A stretch of DNA of 64,000 bases from Pseudolysinimonas sp. (lineage in GTDB: Bacteria > Actinomycetota > Actinomycetes > Actinomycetales > Microbacteriaceae). Below, one piece after another: positions 53,869 to 63,995 of the stretch. The stretch spans positions 18,742 to 82,741 of the forward strand of contig DATMIW010000070.1 of the NCBI GenBank assembly GCA_035554115.1. The letters are read 5' to 3'. The position numbers and the translations under genes are program-made. The notes beneath the pieces were generated by a model. It was not told where the DNA came from. It saw nothing but the letters and a program-made list of their open reading frames with translations, and did not search any database. How positions within the stretch are numbered: position 1 is the stretch's first letter; each line of letters opens with the position of its first letter.

Positions 53869-54636
53869 CTAGTTGGCGCGGTAGGACTGCGTCAGAGTGT
53901 CGTTTGCTCCCAGGTTTGCCAATACCTGGACGCGGAGGCCGTCAGGTCGCACGGCGTCGCAGGTCACATCCGCTCCCACCGAAGCATCGTCGAGGATAGG
54001 CGGGCAGGAGACGGAGCTCAGGCGCCCTGTGTCGACAAGCCGCTCGTTCAGTGTGGACTGCACAAAGTAGGCCTTCGTGACCGGGGCAGCTGCTCCGCTT
54101 GCGAGAAGACCAGCAACACCACCGCCGAGCACAACAGCGATCGCCAGAAAGACCACGAGAAGCGTGTTTCCTGTTACCGCAAGTCGGCGTGCGATGAGGT
54201 AGGGAAGGGCACCGAGGAGGCTCCACAGCGCACGCGGTGAGCGGAATCCGCGGTGACGCAGGATCCGTGCATCGAGTACCGCAGCAGCCACGACCACCGC
54301 ATAGAGCACGACGAGAATCGCGATCGCGGCGGGGGCAGATGCGGCGTACAGGAAGAGGTAGGCGGCGAGAGCACCGAGAACGAACAACAGGGCCGGCGTG
54401 ATCGCGAGGAACCACCCAGTAAATGTTCCTGAGACAACCGGCACATAGGTGCTGGTCGCGATGCTTTCAGTTGTCGGCTTCGGTTCTGTGTGGTCCGTCC
54501 ACGTTGCCCCGTTCCACCAGCGAACGAGGTCGGCAGAAGCCGGGTCTTCGTACCAGCCGGCAGAGACGACACGCGTTGCCTGAGCCTGTGCTTGATCGGT
54601 CACGTGTCTCTCCCCCCATTGGGTCCTGAGCACCAT
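53869..54636 (-). CDS. DUF2510 domain membrane protein (paralog A)
   Basis: 'AGWYEDPASADLVRWWNGATWTDHT', four TM helices, and a Cys-containing extracytoplasmic tail ('SVSCPPILDDASVGADVTCDAV'). Confidence 0.75.
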   Translation of the reverse strand: MVLRTQWGERHVTDQAQAQATRVVSAGWYEDPASADLVRWWNGATWTDHTEPKPTTESIATSTYVPVVSGTFTGWFLAITPALLFVLGALAAYLFLYAASAPAAIAILVVLYAVVVAAAVLDARILRHRGFRSPRALWSLLGALPYLIARRLAVTGNTLLVVFLAIAVVLGGGVAGLLASGAAAPVTKAYFVQSTLNERLVDTGRLSSVSCPPILDDASVGADVTCDAVRPDGLRVQVLANLGANDTLTQSYRAN

Positions 54637-54711
54637 ATGTAGGCGTCGGGTTTCAGTCTAAAAATGGAGCAGGTGGTGGGTAGGTCCCAGTTCGGGGCCT
54701 ACCCACGGCAC

Positions 54712-56004
54712 CTAGTTGGCCATCGACATGATGCCCCAGTCTTCCACTCGCCACTCGATCCAGCCGTTGGCGCGCTGAAGACTTACCGTGACGTTGAAGA
54801 ATTCGCCGCCACTGTCGACAGCAGTGCACTGGAAGCTCGATCCGATGAGCTGCGGGGGAACCGCGGGACATTCGACCTTGAGGTTTGCGCCAAGGCTGAT
54901 TGCGTCTTGTTCAATAGATTGCTCGGCTGCCGTCGAGAAGGTGCTCGGAGACATAGCAATAACAAGGCCGGGTACAGCGACAAGCGAACCGACGGTAAGC
55001 AGGCCGAAAGCACCCCAGGTGAGCAGCGGCCCGAACCCACGACCCGTTTCACGCACGACGGAAGCGAGTCGCGTGATGAGGTAGACCGGCGCGGTAAGGA
55101 ACGACCAGGCCCAGTGCGCGGTGTGCTGGAATCCGTGGCGCTTGAGGGTCTGGCGATCGATTATCGCGAGACCGACAGTTGCCAAATAGGGAAGCACCAC
55201 AATGAGGGCGATGAATATCGGGGATGCGCTGCCGGCCATACCTGAAAGCAGGAAGAGCAGCCCGAGCACGAGAATCAGCAACGGCATGAGGGCAATAACC
55301 CAGACCGGCCCAGTGGTCGCGCGCGGGGTGAAGTCGGGAATACTGGTGTGCGTCGCCTGGCGCCGCTCGTAGTCGGCTCGGAACTGGTCCTCGGGCACAA
55401 AGTGCGCCGAGGATTCCCCCACGTAAGAGAAAGCGGGACGAGGCATGGCGGTCTCTGCGGCCGTCTCACCGAGCAGGTCGTCGAAACGGTTGTCGAGCAG
55501 GAACGGCATGCTCGTGGGAGCGTCCTCGACGTACGTCGTTTCGGCCAGACGCTCTGCAGGCGAAGGTTCGTCGATGGTGATCTCTTCGCGCACGGGTGCT
55601 TCAAGCGATAGCAGCGGGTCGCCGAAGAGGGGCTGGCTATCAACCCGCGCCGTGCCCGCCGCACCCTGCTGCAGGATGATCGGCGCGTCGGTTTCGGTCT
55701 CGAGCCGTTCCCGCTCGCGTCGCTCACGCCGTGTCAGCGCGTCGTCGCCCAGAGAGTCATCGATGACGTAGAGGCGGTCATCGGCAAAGTCTTCGTCATC
55801 ATCAGCGAATGCCAAGCGGGGTATTACGGTCTCTGTCGCCACCATCGGCTGGCGTGCGTCCGATGTGTGTTCCGTCCACGAGTGGTTGTCCCACCAGCGA
55901 AGCTGGGGAAGGCCCAGCGGATCCGGATACCAACCTGCCGGCACGCGCACGTCATTGTCTACCAACGAACGCTCCTCAATACATGGTCCCCCGGTGCGAA
56001 TCAC
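54712..56004 (-). CDS. DUF2510 domain membrane protein (paralog B)
   Basis: 'PAGWYPDPLGLPQLRWWDNHSWTEHT', an acidic linker, four TM helices and a tail 'KVECPAVPPQLIGSSFQCTAV'. The start is uncertain (GTG 56004, or TTG 55965 after GAGGAG). Confidence 0.7.
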   Translation of the reverse strand: MIRTGGPCIEERSLVDNDVRVPAGWYPDPLGLPQLRWWDNHSWTEHTSDARQPMVATETVIPRLAFADDDEDFADDRLYVIDDSLGDDALTRRERRERERLETETDAPIILQQGAAGTARVDSQPLFGDPLLSLEAPVREEITIDEPSPAERLAETTYVEDAPTSMPFLLDNRFDDLLGETAAETAMPRPAFSYVGESSAHFVPEDQFRADYERRQATHTSIPDFTPRATTGPVWVIALMPLLILVLGLLFLLSGMAGSASPIFIALIVVLPYLATVGLAIIDRQTLKRHGFQHTAHWAWSFLTAPVYLITRLASVVRETGRGFGPLLTWGAFGLLTVGSLVAVPGLVIAMSPSTFSTAAEQSIEQDAISLGANLKVECPAVPPQLIGSSFQCTAVDSGGEFFNVTVSLQRANGWIEWRVEDWGIMSMAN

Positions 56005-56103
56005 CGTTACTCAGCAAATAGTAAGGGTCGGGCGATATCGAGGGGAAGATTCGTCGCATACCCCAACCAGGGGACACGCGCGTGCGGGACGGGGCGCGAT
56101 TTG

Positions 56104-58629
56104 GTGCAGACTCATCCAGTGCTGCACGACGGACTTCCTGCCCCGTGGGACCCGGATCTCTTCGTCGTCGCCTTTGATGAATGGGTTCGCTCGCGAGGAA
56201 TGGTTCTCTATCCTGCGCAGGAAGAGGCGGTCCTCGACCTCGCCCTGGGATCCCATGTTGTGGTGTCGACTCCGACCGGCAGCGGAAAATCACTGATCGG
56301 AATCGCCGCTCACGCCGCTTCTCTCGCGCAGAACTCGCGCAGCTGGTATACGGCTCCGATCAAGGCTCTCGTCAGCGAAAAGTTCTTCGCCCTAGTCGAC
56401 ATCTTCGGGGCCGAAAACGTGGGTATGGTCACCGGGGATTCTCGTGTGAACCCCGACGCACCGATTATCTGTTGCACGGCAGAGATCCTGGCCAACTTTG
56501 CGTTGCGGCACGGTTCTGAGGCCGATGTCGGCACGGTCATCATGGATGAGTTCCACTACTACTCGGACCCGGATCGTGGCTGGGCCTGGCAGGTGCCGCT
56601 TCTGCTCATGTCGCGGGCACGGTTCGTGCTCATGTCGGCGACTCTGGGTGATGTTGACGCGCTTGCGGCGGATCTTGAGCGTCGCACGGGCCGAGAGGTG
56701 GCACGGATCACGGGCGTGGATCGCCCGGTGCCGCTGCATTTTCGTTGGTCGATGACCCCGATTCACGAGACCGTGCAGAACATCTTGACCGAGGGACTCG
56801 CTCCCATATACATCGTGCACTTCTCGCAGGCAGCCGCAGTTGAGAAGGCCCAGGCTTTGTCGAGCCTCAACATCGCAACGCGTGAGCAGCGCGATGCGAT
56901 CGCCGCGGCGATCGGTGATTTCAGGTTTTCCGTCGGATTCGGCGCCACCTTGTCGCGCCTGATTCGTGCGGGAATCGGGGTGCACCATGCGGGGATGCTG
57001 CCGAAGTACCGACGTCTGGTCGAAACCTTGGCGCAGCAGGGGCTGTTGAAAGTCATTTGCGGAACCGACACCCTCGGGGTCGGAATCAACGTTCCGATCC
57101 GGACTGTACTTCTCACCGGGCTGACCAAATTCGATGGAACACGGATGCGCCAGTTGACGGCGCGCGAATTCCACCAGGTGGCGGGACGTGCCGGTCGCGC
57201 CGGGTACGACATAGCCGGTGACGTCGTCGCTCAGGCGCCCGAGCATGAGATCGAAAACGCACGAGGCGCCGCCAAGGCCGGAATTGATCCCAAAGCCAAG
57301 AAGAAGCTGGTGAAGAAGCGGGCGCCCGAGGGGTTCGTCTCGTGGGGTGAGCCTAGTTTTCAGCGGCTCATAGCGGCACAACCCGAAACGCTGGCTTCGT
57401 CAATGCGAATAAGCGCGGCGATGATGATCGGGCTGATCAGCAGGCCAGGAGCCGAGATTCGTGCCGATCAGTCCGGTAGCGCGTTCGCCATCGTTCGCGA
57501 GTTGATATTTGACAGCCACGAATCACCGGCCCGCAAGCGAGCTTTAGCGAGGAGGGCGCTCGGCATCTATCGCACGCTGAGGGCGGGGGAGGTCGTCGTG
57601 CAGCACGGGGGAGGCTTCGATGGCTCCGCACGCAGTGAACTCGCGGTGGATCTTTCGGAGGACTTCGCGCTCAACCAACCTCTCTCTCCGTTTGCCCTCG
57701 CCTCATTCGACCTGCTCGATCGGGATGCCCCGAGCTATCCGCTCGACATGATCTCGGTTGTCGAGTCGACTCTCGACGATCCGCGCCCGGTGCTCAGCCA
57801 GCAGCAATTCCGTGCGCGTGGCGAAGCAGTCGCGGCGATGAAGGCCGAGGGTATCGAGTACGACGAACGGATGGAGCTGCTCGAGGCGATCACCTGGCCG
57901 AAGCCCCTCAACGATCTGCTCGAGCAGTCATTTGCTGTCTTTGCAACGTCACAGCCGTGGGTGCGGGATTTCGAGCTGAGTCCCAAATCGGTCGTACGAG
58001 ATATGTACGAGCGCGCCATGACCTTCAGTGAATACATCGCCTACTACCAATTGGCTCGTAGCGAAGGTCTCGTGCTGCGCTACCTGTCCGACGCCTATCG
58101 AGCTGCTCGACAGACAATTCCGGATACGGCGAAGACTGACGAGCTGCGGGATCTCATCGAGTGGCTCGGTGAGCTGGTGCGTCAGGTGGATTCGTCACTG
58201 CTCGACGAATGGGAAGCGCTAACGCACCCGTCAGAGGATTCCGCGGCGACGGCCGTGATCCGACCGCCCACCTCAGTTGTGACCAACCGACGCGCGTTCC
58301 TGGTGCTCGTCCGTAATGCGCTATGGCGCCGCGTCGACCTTGTTGCGCGCCAGCGCGACGAGGAACTGATCGCGCTTGATCCGGATGTCGATTGGTCGTC
58401 GGCGCTCGACGACTACTTCGCGGATCACGACAGCGTGAGTGTTGACGCTGATGCACGCAGCAACGCCCGACTGATCATCGACGAGAAACCGGATCGCTGG
58501 GAGGTGCGGCAGGTGCTCGCCGATCCCGCCGGTGATCACGACTGGGGTATTCGCGCTGTGGTGGATCTCGTCGAATCAGCCGAGCTGGGGTTCGCGGTCG
58601 TACGTGTCGTCGGCCTCGACCGACTCTGA
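56104..58629 (+). CDS. Ski2-like DEAD/DEAH-box helicase with DUF3516-type C-terminal region
   Basis: 'VVSTPTGSGKSLIG', 'VIMDEFHYYSD', 'GIGVHHAGMLPKYR', 'GTDTLGVGINVP' and 'QVAGRAGRAGYD'. I chose GTG 56104; the ORF-track start at 55867 would overlap the divergent DUF2510 gene. Confidence 0.85.
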   Translation: MQTHPVLHDGLPAPWDPDLFVVAFDEWVRSRGMVLYPAQEEAVLDLALGSHVVVSTPTGSGKSLIGIAAHAASLAQNSRSWYTAPIKALVSEKFFALVDIFGAENVGMVTGDSRVNPDAPIICCTAEILANFALRHGSEADVGTVIMDEFHYYSDPDRGWAWQVPLLLMSRARFVLMSATLGDVDALAADLERRTGREVARITGVDRPVPLHFRWSMTPIHETVQNILTEGLAPIYIVHFSQAAAVEKAQALSSLNIATREQRDAIAAAIGDFRFSVGFGATLSRLIRAGIGVHHAGMLPKYRRLVETLAQQGLLKVICGTDTLGVGINVPIRTVLLTGLTKFDGTRMRQLTAREFHQVAGRAGRAGYDIAGDVVAQAPEHEIENARGAAKAGIDPKAKKKLVKKRAPEGFVSWGEPSFQRLIAAQPETLASSMRISAAMMIGLISRPGAEIRADQSGSAFAIVRELIFDSHESPARKRALARRALGIYRTLRAGEVVVQHGGGFDGSARSELAVDLSEDFALNQPLSPFALASFDLLDRDAPSYPLDMISVVESTLDDPRPVLSQQQFRARGEAVAAMKAEGIEYDERMELLEAITWPKPLNDLLEQSFAVFATSQPWVRDFELSPKSVVRDMYERAMTFSEYIAYYQLARSEGLVLRYLSDAYRAARQTIPDTAKTDELRDLIEWLGELVRQVDSSLLDEWEALTHPSEDSAATAVIRPPTSVVTNRRAFLVLVRNALWRRVDLVARQRDEELIALDPDVDWSSALDDYFADHDSVSVDADARSNARLIIDEKPDRWEVRQVLADPAGDHDWGIRAVVDLVESAELGFAVVRVVGLDRL

Positions 58630-58857
58630 GACGAGACCCGAGAACCATCGGGCACCGGCGCCGATACTCGTCAGAAGCGAACCAGCGCCGACGAGGAAAA
58701 AGACGACGGCAAGCGGAGGGATGTTCCCAGCAAGGCAGGCTGACGCGGCCAAGCAGCCATTGGCGTCGGCGATCGCCACGTCAACGACGGCGAAACTGAT
58801 GGCTGAGGTTACGACCGCGACGAGCGCGGCGATGCCCAACACCCTGCGCGAGTGCAT
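58576..58857 (-). CDS. Possible small two-TM membrane protein
   Basis: ATG 58857 gives 'MHSRRVLGIAALVAVVTSAISFAVV...PPLAVVFFLVGAGSLLTSIGAG'. Its 3' end overlaps the helicase 3' end by 54 nt. It could be a GC-driven artefact. Confidence 0.3.
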   Translation of the reverse strand: MHSRRVLGIAALVAVVTSAISFAVVDVAIADANGCLAASACLAGNIPPLAVVFFLVGAGSLLTSIGAGARWFSGLVSESVEADDTYDREPQLG

Positions 58858-59048
58858 CCTGATCCTTCTGCGTCCGCGGTGAGGACTGCACCGACAGGTT
58901 ATGAAATCGCGCAGAATCGCGGCATTCCCATTTCCGGTGCCGCTCACTCTGGGGCCACGGAAACTTGTCGCATTCGGCATCATTGCCATAGTGCCGGCGT
59001 TCCATTCGATACTCGGCCGGTAGTCGATCGGCCACGGGAAGGACCCCA

Positions 59049-59342
59049 ATGTCTGTTGTTCTGCATGCCACCTGGACCGTTACTCCGGGTCGTGAGCACA
59101 TCGTGCGGGAGGCGCTTGCCTCCCTGGCTCCAGCGACTCGCGAGGAGCCCGGCTGCCTCTTCTTCCAGCCATATGTCGATCCGGCTGAGCCGAATGTGAT
59201 CCGCATCTTCGAGGTCTACCTTGATCAGGATGCGGTAACTGCCCACGCCGAATCGGCCCATTTCGCGCAGTGGGCCCTTGGCGTCGCGATCCCCGAACTC
59301 ATCGACCGCCGTCGGGAGTTCTTCGAGACTCTCGACGTCTAG
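59049..59342 (+). CDS. Antibiotic-biosynthesis-monooxygenase (ABM) domain protein
   Basis: 97-aa ferredoxin-like ABM pattern: 'EPGCLFFQPYVDPAEPNVIRIFEVYLDQDAVTAHAESAHF'. Confidence 0.8.
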   Translation: MSVVLHATWTVTPGREHIVREALASLAPATREEPGCLFFQPYVDPAEPNVIRIFEVYLDQDAVTAHAESAHFAQWALGVAIPELIDRRREFFETLDV

Positions 59343-61798
59343 CGAGACTCCCACCGCACCTCGTCGGGGCGGACATCGTTTCGCCATCCGCGCCAGACCG
59401 GATGCCGCAACCGGCCGTCTCCGGTCGCCTCGCCATATTCCACTTCGGCCACCATCGTCGGCGACACCCAATGTGCGTCGCGCGCATCGACTGTGGGAAC
59501 CCCTCTCACCGAGCTTCTGTCGCTGGAGATCCTGTCGAGTCGGGCGCGCAGGGCCTGCAACTCGCCGTCGCTGAAACCGCTGCCGACTCGGCCCACATAG
59601 CGCACGCCATCTCCATCGGGAACGCCGAGCAGAAGTGAACCGATGGAGTCTGAGCGGTGGCCTTTTCCGGGTCGCCAGCCCACCACGATCACGTCCTGCG
59701 TCTGTGTGTGCTTGATCTTGATCCAGTCGCGGCTGCGCTTGCCTTCGCGGTAGGGGCTTGAGCGGCGTTTAGCCATAATCCCCTCAAGGCCCAATTCGCG
59801 GCTTGTCGCGATGGCCGCGGTCAGCTCGGTACCGAGCTCCGGGGGCACCACGATCGTGCGGGTCTCGTGGACGGCACCCACGAGGCGCTCCCTACGGACG
59901 CTGTATGGCTCGGATGTCAGTGTGCCGCCGCCGAGTGACAGTACGTCGAAGAGGTAAAGCGCAACGGGGGCGGCCAATTGACCACGCGCAATATCGCGGG
60001 GGGTCGTCAATCCCGAACGTCGTTGAATGAGTTCGAAGCTGGGCCGCCTGTTTTCGTCGAGCGCGACGATCTCGCCGTCAAAGACGCCTGTCCCTTCGAC
60101 GGCGTCGGCGAGCTCGGCAAGTTCCGGAAAGGTCGGAGTGAGATCCAGCCCGTTGCGGGAGCGAAGCTCGACAGTGCGCGAGCCAGCCGTTTCGGTGACA
60201 GTCGCGATCGCGCGGTAGCCGTCCCATTTCATTTCATAGGCCCAGTCGTCCCCGCCCGTGAAGTCGGCCGGATCCCCGAGCGTTGCGAGCATCGGGCGCA
60301 CGGTGCCGGCCCCTCCGGTCCTCGTCCCCACAACGGTCTTCCCGTTTCGCCGCACAGGCGCAGCAGGGGCGGCGGCGCGCGCGCCAGGCCCGGATGACCA
60401 CACACCTTTGCGCTGATCCTTCATGCGGTGCATGAGCCAGTTCTCTTTCGCAGCGCCGCCGACGCTGTCCGACGTCGTTCGAATCAGCGCCAGACGATGC
60501 GAGCCGTGCTTCTCACCGTGAATGATGACAACGACCTCGTGATCGCTGAACTTCTCCTCTTCATATATGCCGCGGTCCCAGATCGTGACGGTGCCGGCGC
60601 CGTATTCTCCGCGCGGGATCGTGCCCTCGAACTGTCCGTATTCGAGCGGGTGATCTTCGACATGGACGGCAAGATGATTCGCATCGTCGAGGGGGATGCC
60701 TTTGGGGACTGCCCAGCTCACCAGAACGCCGTCCCTCTCGAGCCGGAAGTCGTAGTGCAGTCTGCGCGCGTGGTGCTCCTGAATCACAAAAGTCGGTTGC
60801 CGGCGCGGATCGGCATTCGGGGGCTTGTCGCCCATGGGTTCCGGGGTCTTGGCCGAGTCGCGCTTCGACCGGTAGGAGCCCAGAGCCTCATTATGGTGAC
60901 CCGTTCGGTGGCTCGCCGAGAGGTCGGCGAGCAGGTCTCCCTTCTTCTCGACGCGCTTCAGCACATCTGTGAACTCGAGATGGGTGAGTGAAGGGGATGC
61001 GAGCTCGCGCCAGGTGCGCGGGGCAGCGACCGTGGGACGAATTCGCCCCCGCAAGGAGTAGGGCACGATTGTGGTCTTCGCTGCGTTGTTCTGACTCCAG
61101 TCGACAAGAACTTTGCCGCCGCGGATCGATTTCTTCATATCGCTGACCACGAGGTCAGGGTGATCGGCCTCGAGAGACCGCGCGAGTTCATGGGCGACCG
61201 CTGACACTTCATCGCTTGTCTGTCGGCCGTCGAGGGCCGCATAGAGGTGAATGCCCTTGCTGCCACTCGTGACGGGCAGCGGGTTGAGTCCCATGCCGGA
61301 AAGGATTGCGCGCACGAGGCGGGCCACTTCGGCGCATTCCGCCAGGCCCGCCCCTTCGCCTGGGTCCAGGTCGAGCACCATGCGATCGGGGTTCTGCCGC
61401 GCGCCTCCCGGGCCGAATCGCCACTGAGGAACGTGGATTTCGAGGGCAGCCTGTTGGGCAATCCAGACCAGGGTTGCCAGATCGTTGACGAGCGGGTAGA
61501 CGTTCACGTGATCCGAGTGCTGGATTTCGCGACGGGCGATCCACTCGGGCGCGGAGGCTGGCACGTTCTTTTCAAAAAACACCGGGCCGGGGTCTGCCGC
61601 TGTCCCTGTGCCGCTGACCCACCGCTTGCGGGTCGCGGCCCGATCGCGCGCGTGCGGAATCAACACATCGGAAACGCGCGAGTAGTAGTCGAGGACCTCG
61701 CCTTTGGTCGTTCCCGTCTCGGGGTAGATCACCTTGTCGAGATTGGTGAGACGTAGTCGCCGCCCGCCGACCTCCACGAACGTTTCGGTTCCGGCCAT
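59339..61798 (-). CDS. ligD: Multidomain ATP-dependent DNA ligase D (polymerase/primase - phosphoesterase - ligase)
   Basis: N-terminal 'LRLTNLDKVIYPETGTTKGEVLDYY' (Pol), middle 'PTFVIQEHHARRLHYDFRLE' (PE), and C-terminal 'YEMKWDGYRA' (adenylation KxDG). Confidence 0.93.
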   Translation of the reverse strand: MAGTETFVEVGGRRLRLTNLDKVIYPETGTTKGEVLDYYSRVSDVLIPHARDRAATRKRWVSGTGTAADPGPVFFEKNVPASAPEWIARREIQHSDHVNVYPLVNDLATLVWIAQQAALEIHVPQWRFGPGGARQNPDRMVLDLDPGEGAGLAECAEVARLVRAILSGMGLNPLPVTSGSKGIHLYAALDGRQTSDEVSAVAHELARSLEADHPDLVVSDMKKSIRGGKVLVDWSQNNAAKTTIVPYSLRGRIRPTVAAPRTWRELASPSLTHLEFTDVLKRVEKKGDLLADLSASHRTGHHNEALGSYRSKRDSAKTPEPMGDKPPNADPRRQPTFVIQEHHARRLHYDFRLERDGVLVSWAVPKGIPLDDANHLAVHVEDHPLEYGQFEGTIPRGEYGAGTVTIWDRGIYEEEKFSDHEVVVIIHGEKHGSHRLALIRTTSDSVGGAAKENWLMHRMKDQRKGVWSSGPGARAAAPAAPVRRNGKTVVGTRTGGAGTVRPMLATLGDPADFTGGDDWAYEMKWDGYRAIATVTETAGSRTVELRSRNGLDLTPTFPELAELADAVEGTGVFDGEIVALDENRRPSFELIQRRSGLTTPRDIARGQLAAPVALYLFDVLSLGGGTLTSEPYSVRRERLVGAVHETRTIVVPPELGTELTAAIATSRELGLEGIMAKRRSSPYREGKRSRDWIKIKHTQTQDVIVVGWRPGKGHRSDSIGSLLLGVPDGDGVRYVGRVGSGFSDGELQALRARLDRISSDRSSVRGVPTVDARDAHWVSPTMVAEVEYGEATGDGRLRHPVWRGWRNDVRPDEVRWESR

Positions 61799-61873
61799 GC
61801 GTTCACGCTAAGGGGAGCTCTCGAAAAAGCCCAGGGGGTATACAGCGTCCACATCCGGGACGAAAATGACACC

Positions 61874-62713
61874 ATGCGCTCGATCTGGAAAGGCTCGCTG
61901 AGTTTCGGTCTCGTCAACGTGCCGGTGAAACTGTTCTCGGCAACCGAAGACCACGACGTTCCTTTGCACCAGGTCCATGACAAAGATGGCGGACGGATCC
62001 GGTACAAGCGGGTGTGTGAGATCGACGGTGAGACAGTCGACTTTGAGCACATTCAGAAGGCATATGTGGATGGCGAGCAGACCGTGGTGTTGACCGAGAA
62101 GGACTTCGCAGCGCTGCCGGCCGAGCGCAGCAAGGACATCGATGTCGTGGAGTTCGTCCCCACCGAACAGGTCGATCCGATCATGTTTGAAAAGAGCTAC
62201 TTTGTCGCACCGGACTCGAAGTCGACGAAGGCCTATGTGCTGCTGATGCGCACACTTGACGAGAGCGACCGCACCGCGATCGTGCAGTTCGCTCTGCGTC
62301 AGAAGACACGATTGGCGGCGCTGCGCGTGCGAGACGGGGTGCTCGTCATGCAGACCCTGCTGTGGGATGACGAGGTGCGTGAGGCCCGATTCCCCGAACT
62401 CGACGAGTTGCCGACGATCTCGGCGGCGGAGTTGAAAATGTCGCGTCAACTGGTCGAGAGCTTCTCGAGCGATTTCACGCCGGAGAAATTTACCGACGAC
62501 TATCAAGAGCAGCTGCGAACCCTGGTTGAGGCGAAGCTCGAGCAGGGTGACGCGCTCGACACGGAGGCGACCTTCGGGCGCGAGACCGAGGGAGGCGGGG
62601 AGGTTCTCGACCTTATGGAGGCGCTTCGGCGATCCGTTGAATCTCAGCGCGGAGGGACAGCCAAGAAGGCGCCCGCCAAGAAAAAGGCACCCCCCAAAAA
62701 GAAGTCCGCCTAA
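61874..62713 (+). CDS. ku: Non-homologous end-joining protein Ku
   Basis: 'MRSIWKGSLSFGLVNVPVKLFSATE' with a Lys-rich tail 'KKAPAKKKAPPKKKSA'. The gene is divergent from ligD across a 75-bp gap. Confidence 0.93.
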   Translation: MRSIWKGSLSFGLVNVPVKLFSATEDHDVPLHQVHDKDGGRIRYKRVCEIDGETVDFEHIQKAYVDGEQTVVLTEKDFAALPAERSKDIDVVEFVPTEQVDPIMFEKSYFVAPDSKSTKAYVLLMRTLDESDRTAIVQFALRQKTRLAALRVRDGVLVMQTLLWDDEVREARFPELDELPTISAAELKMSRQLVESFSSDFTPEKFTDDYQEQLRTLVEAKLEQGDALDTEATFGRETEGGGEVLDLMEALRRSVESQRGGTAKKAPAKKKAPPKKKSA

Positions 62714-63717
62714 CTTTCTGTGCGCTTATCTCGTGAACGCACCTCGTCGGCGATGCGGTGAGCCGACGCAACGTCGCTGTCCCGCTGTCGGGCAATGATT
62801 CGATTCCGGCGAGTATCTCGCAGAGGCAACAGCACGACTTCTTCCGCGCGTTCCCCGCGGGCGAGCTGACGCAGGCGAACGAACTCCGCGTCGATCTCGG
62901 CACCTCCCACTAATGCTGCGTTAGTGAGGTAGGCCCACAGGAGAGCGATGAGGACACCCCCTAGTGATCCATAGAGAGCGTCGTAGTGTCCGGCGACCAC
63001 GATGTATAGAGCGAAACCGAGGGTCGCAACGACCCACAGCGTGACGGCCGCGAGCGATCCGATGCTTGCCCAGCGCACACGGGTATGTCGCACATTCGGG
63101 GTTGCCGAGTAGAGCACGGCGATCAGGACGATGAGCAAGAGCAGCAGCAGAGGCCATTTGCCCACATTCCAGAGCTGCGTCGTGAGGGGAGCGATTCCGC
63201 GGCGTCCCAAAATGTCGGCCGCGGCCGCCGGGGTAACGAGAACGATTGTCGCAATCGCTGCCGCGAGGGCCGTGACAACAACGGCGACGACGAGCATGCG
63301 TGCGCGAAAGGCCCAAAACGGGCGGCCTTCCTGGACCTCATAGACGGCGTTGATGGCTCGTCCCAGAGCGGTGGAATACCCGGATCCCGTCCAGAGCAGA
63401 AGTATCACTCCGAGCACGAGAGCTGCGGGTGCGTTCCCGAGACTCAGTAGTTCGCCGAGGCCGCGTCGGATTTCCGTTGCCGCGTCATCGGGAAGCAGAG
63501 TACGTGCGACGGCCACAAGGTCATCGAGTGCGCGCGTGCGGTCGTCAAAGAGCGCAAAAGCCGACACGAGGACGAGTGCCGCCGGGAATGTAGTCAGCGC
63601 CATGAAGAATGTCAGCGCCGCCGCGGCGTCGATCCCGCGATGCCGCATGAAGCCGTGCCCCGCGCGAACGAGGGCAATGCGCCAACTGCCGCGCGGGAGT
63701 CGGGGGGTGCGTGTCAC
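62710..63717 (-). CDS. YihY/BrkB family membrane protein
   Basis: 'RHRGIDAAAALTFFMALTTFPALVLV' and six TM helices. I chose GTG 63717 for its GTGA overlap with the upstream ORF's stop; the ORF track opens at 63810. Confidence 0.8.
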   Translation of the reverse strand: MTRTPRLPRGSWRIALVRAGHGFMRHRGIDAAAALTFFMALTTFPAALVLVSAFALFDDRTRALDDLVAVARTLLPDDAATEIRRGLGELLSLGNAPAALVLGVILLLWTGSGYSTALGRAINAVYEVQEGRPFWAFRARMLVVAVVVTALAAAIATIVLVTPAAAADILGRRGIAPLTTQLWNVGKWPLLLLLLIVLIAVLYSATPNVRHTRVRWASIGSLAAVTLWVVATLGFALYIVVAGHYDALYGSLGGVLIALLWAYLTNAALVGGAEIDAEFVRLRQLARGERAEEVVLLPLRDTRRNRIIARQRDSDVASAHRIADEVRSRDKRTES

Positions 63718-63995
63718 CGCTTCGGCCGTTCTCCAGGATCCTCGCCGAGCGTCGCAAGGAGTCGACGCGAGCGCGCAAAGGCCGGTAGTGCCAGCCATGC
63801 CGTGACGCACAGCACGGCGCTGACCGTTGACGCGATAATTCCGGCCGCCAGCCCCGCTACAACCGAGAAGATCAACAGGGTCGTGCCACTAAGGGTCAGG
63901 GCGACAAAGAGCAGAGTGAACGCGAGCAACACATTGGTTATCCGCACGATTTGCGGCTTCGCGCCTTGGCGGAACAGGACCCTGTGCAGGCTCAC
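63714..63995 (-). CDS. Small membrane protein (hypothetical; start close to the window edge)
   Basis: Three hydrophobic helices, GTG start at 63995, translationally coupled to the YihY gene. Confidence 0.4.
   Translation of the reverse strand: MSLHRVLFRQGAKPQIVRITNVLLAFTLLFVALTLSGTTLLIFSVVAGLAAGIIASTVSAVLCVTAWLALPAFARSRRLLATLGEDPGERPKR

Noticed and set aside
53659-54240. 193-aa plus-strand ORF bridging the 293-bp gap and the DUF2510 gene
   Set aside because: Most of it is antisense to the supported DUF2510 gene. Its third-position GC is lower than in neighbouring genes, and it has no motif.
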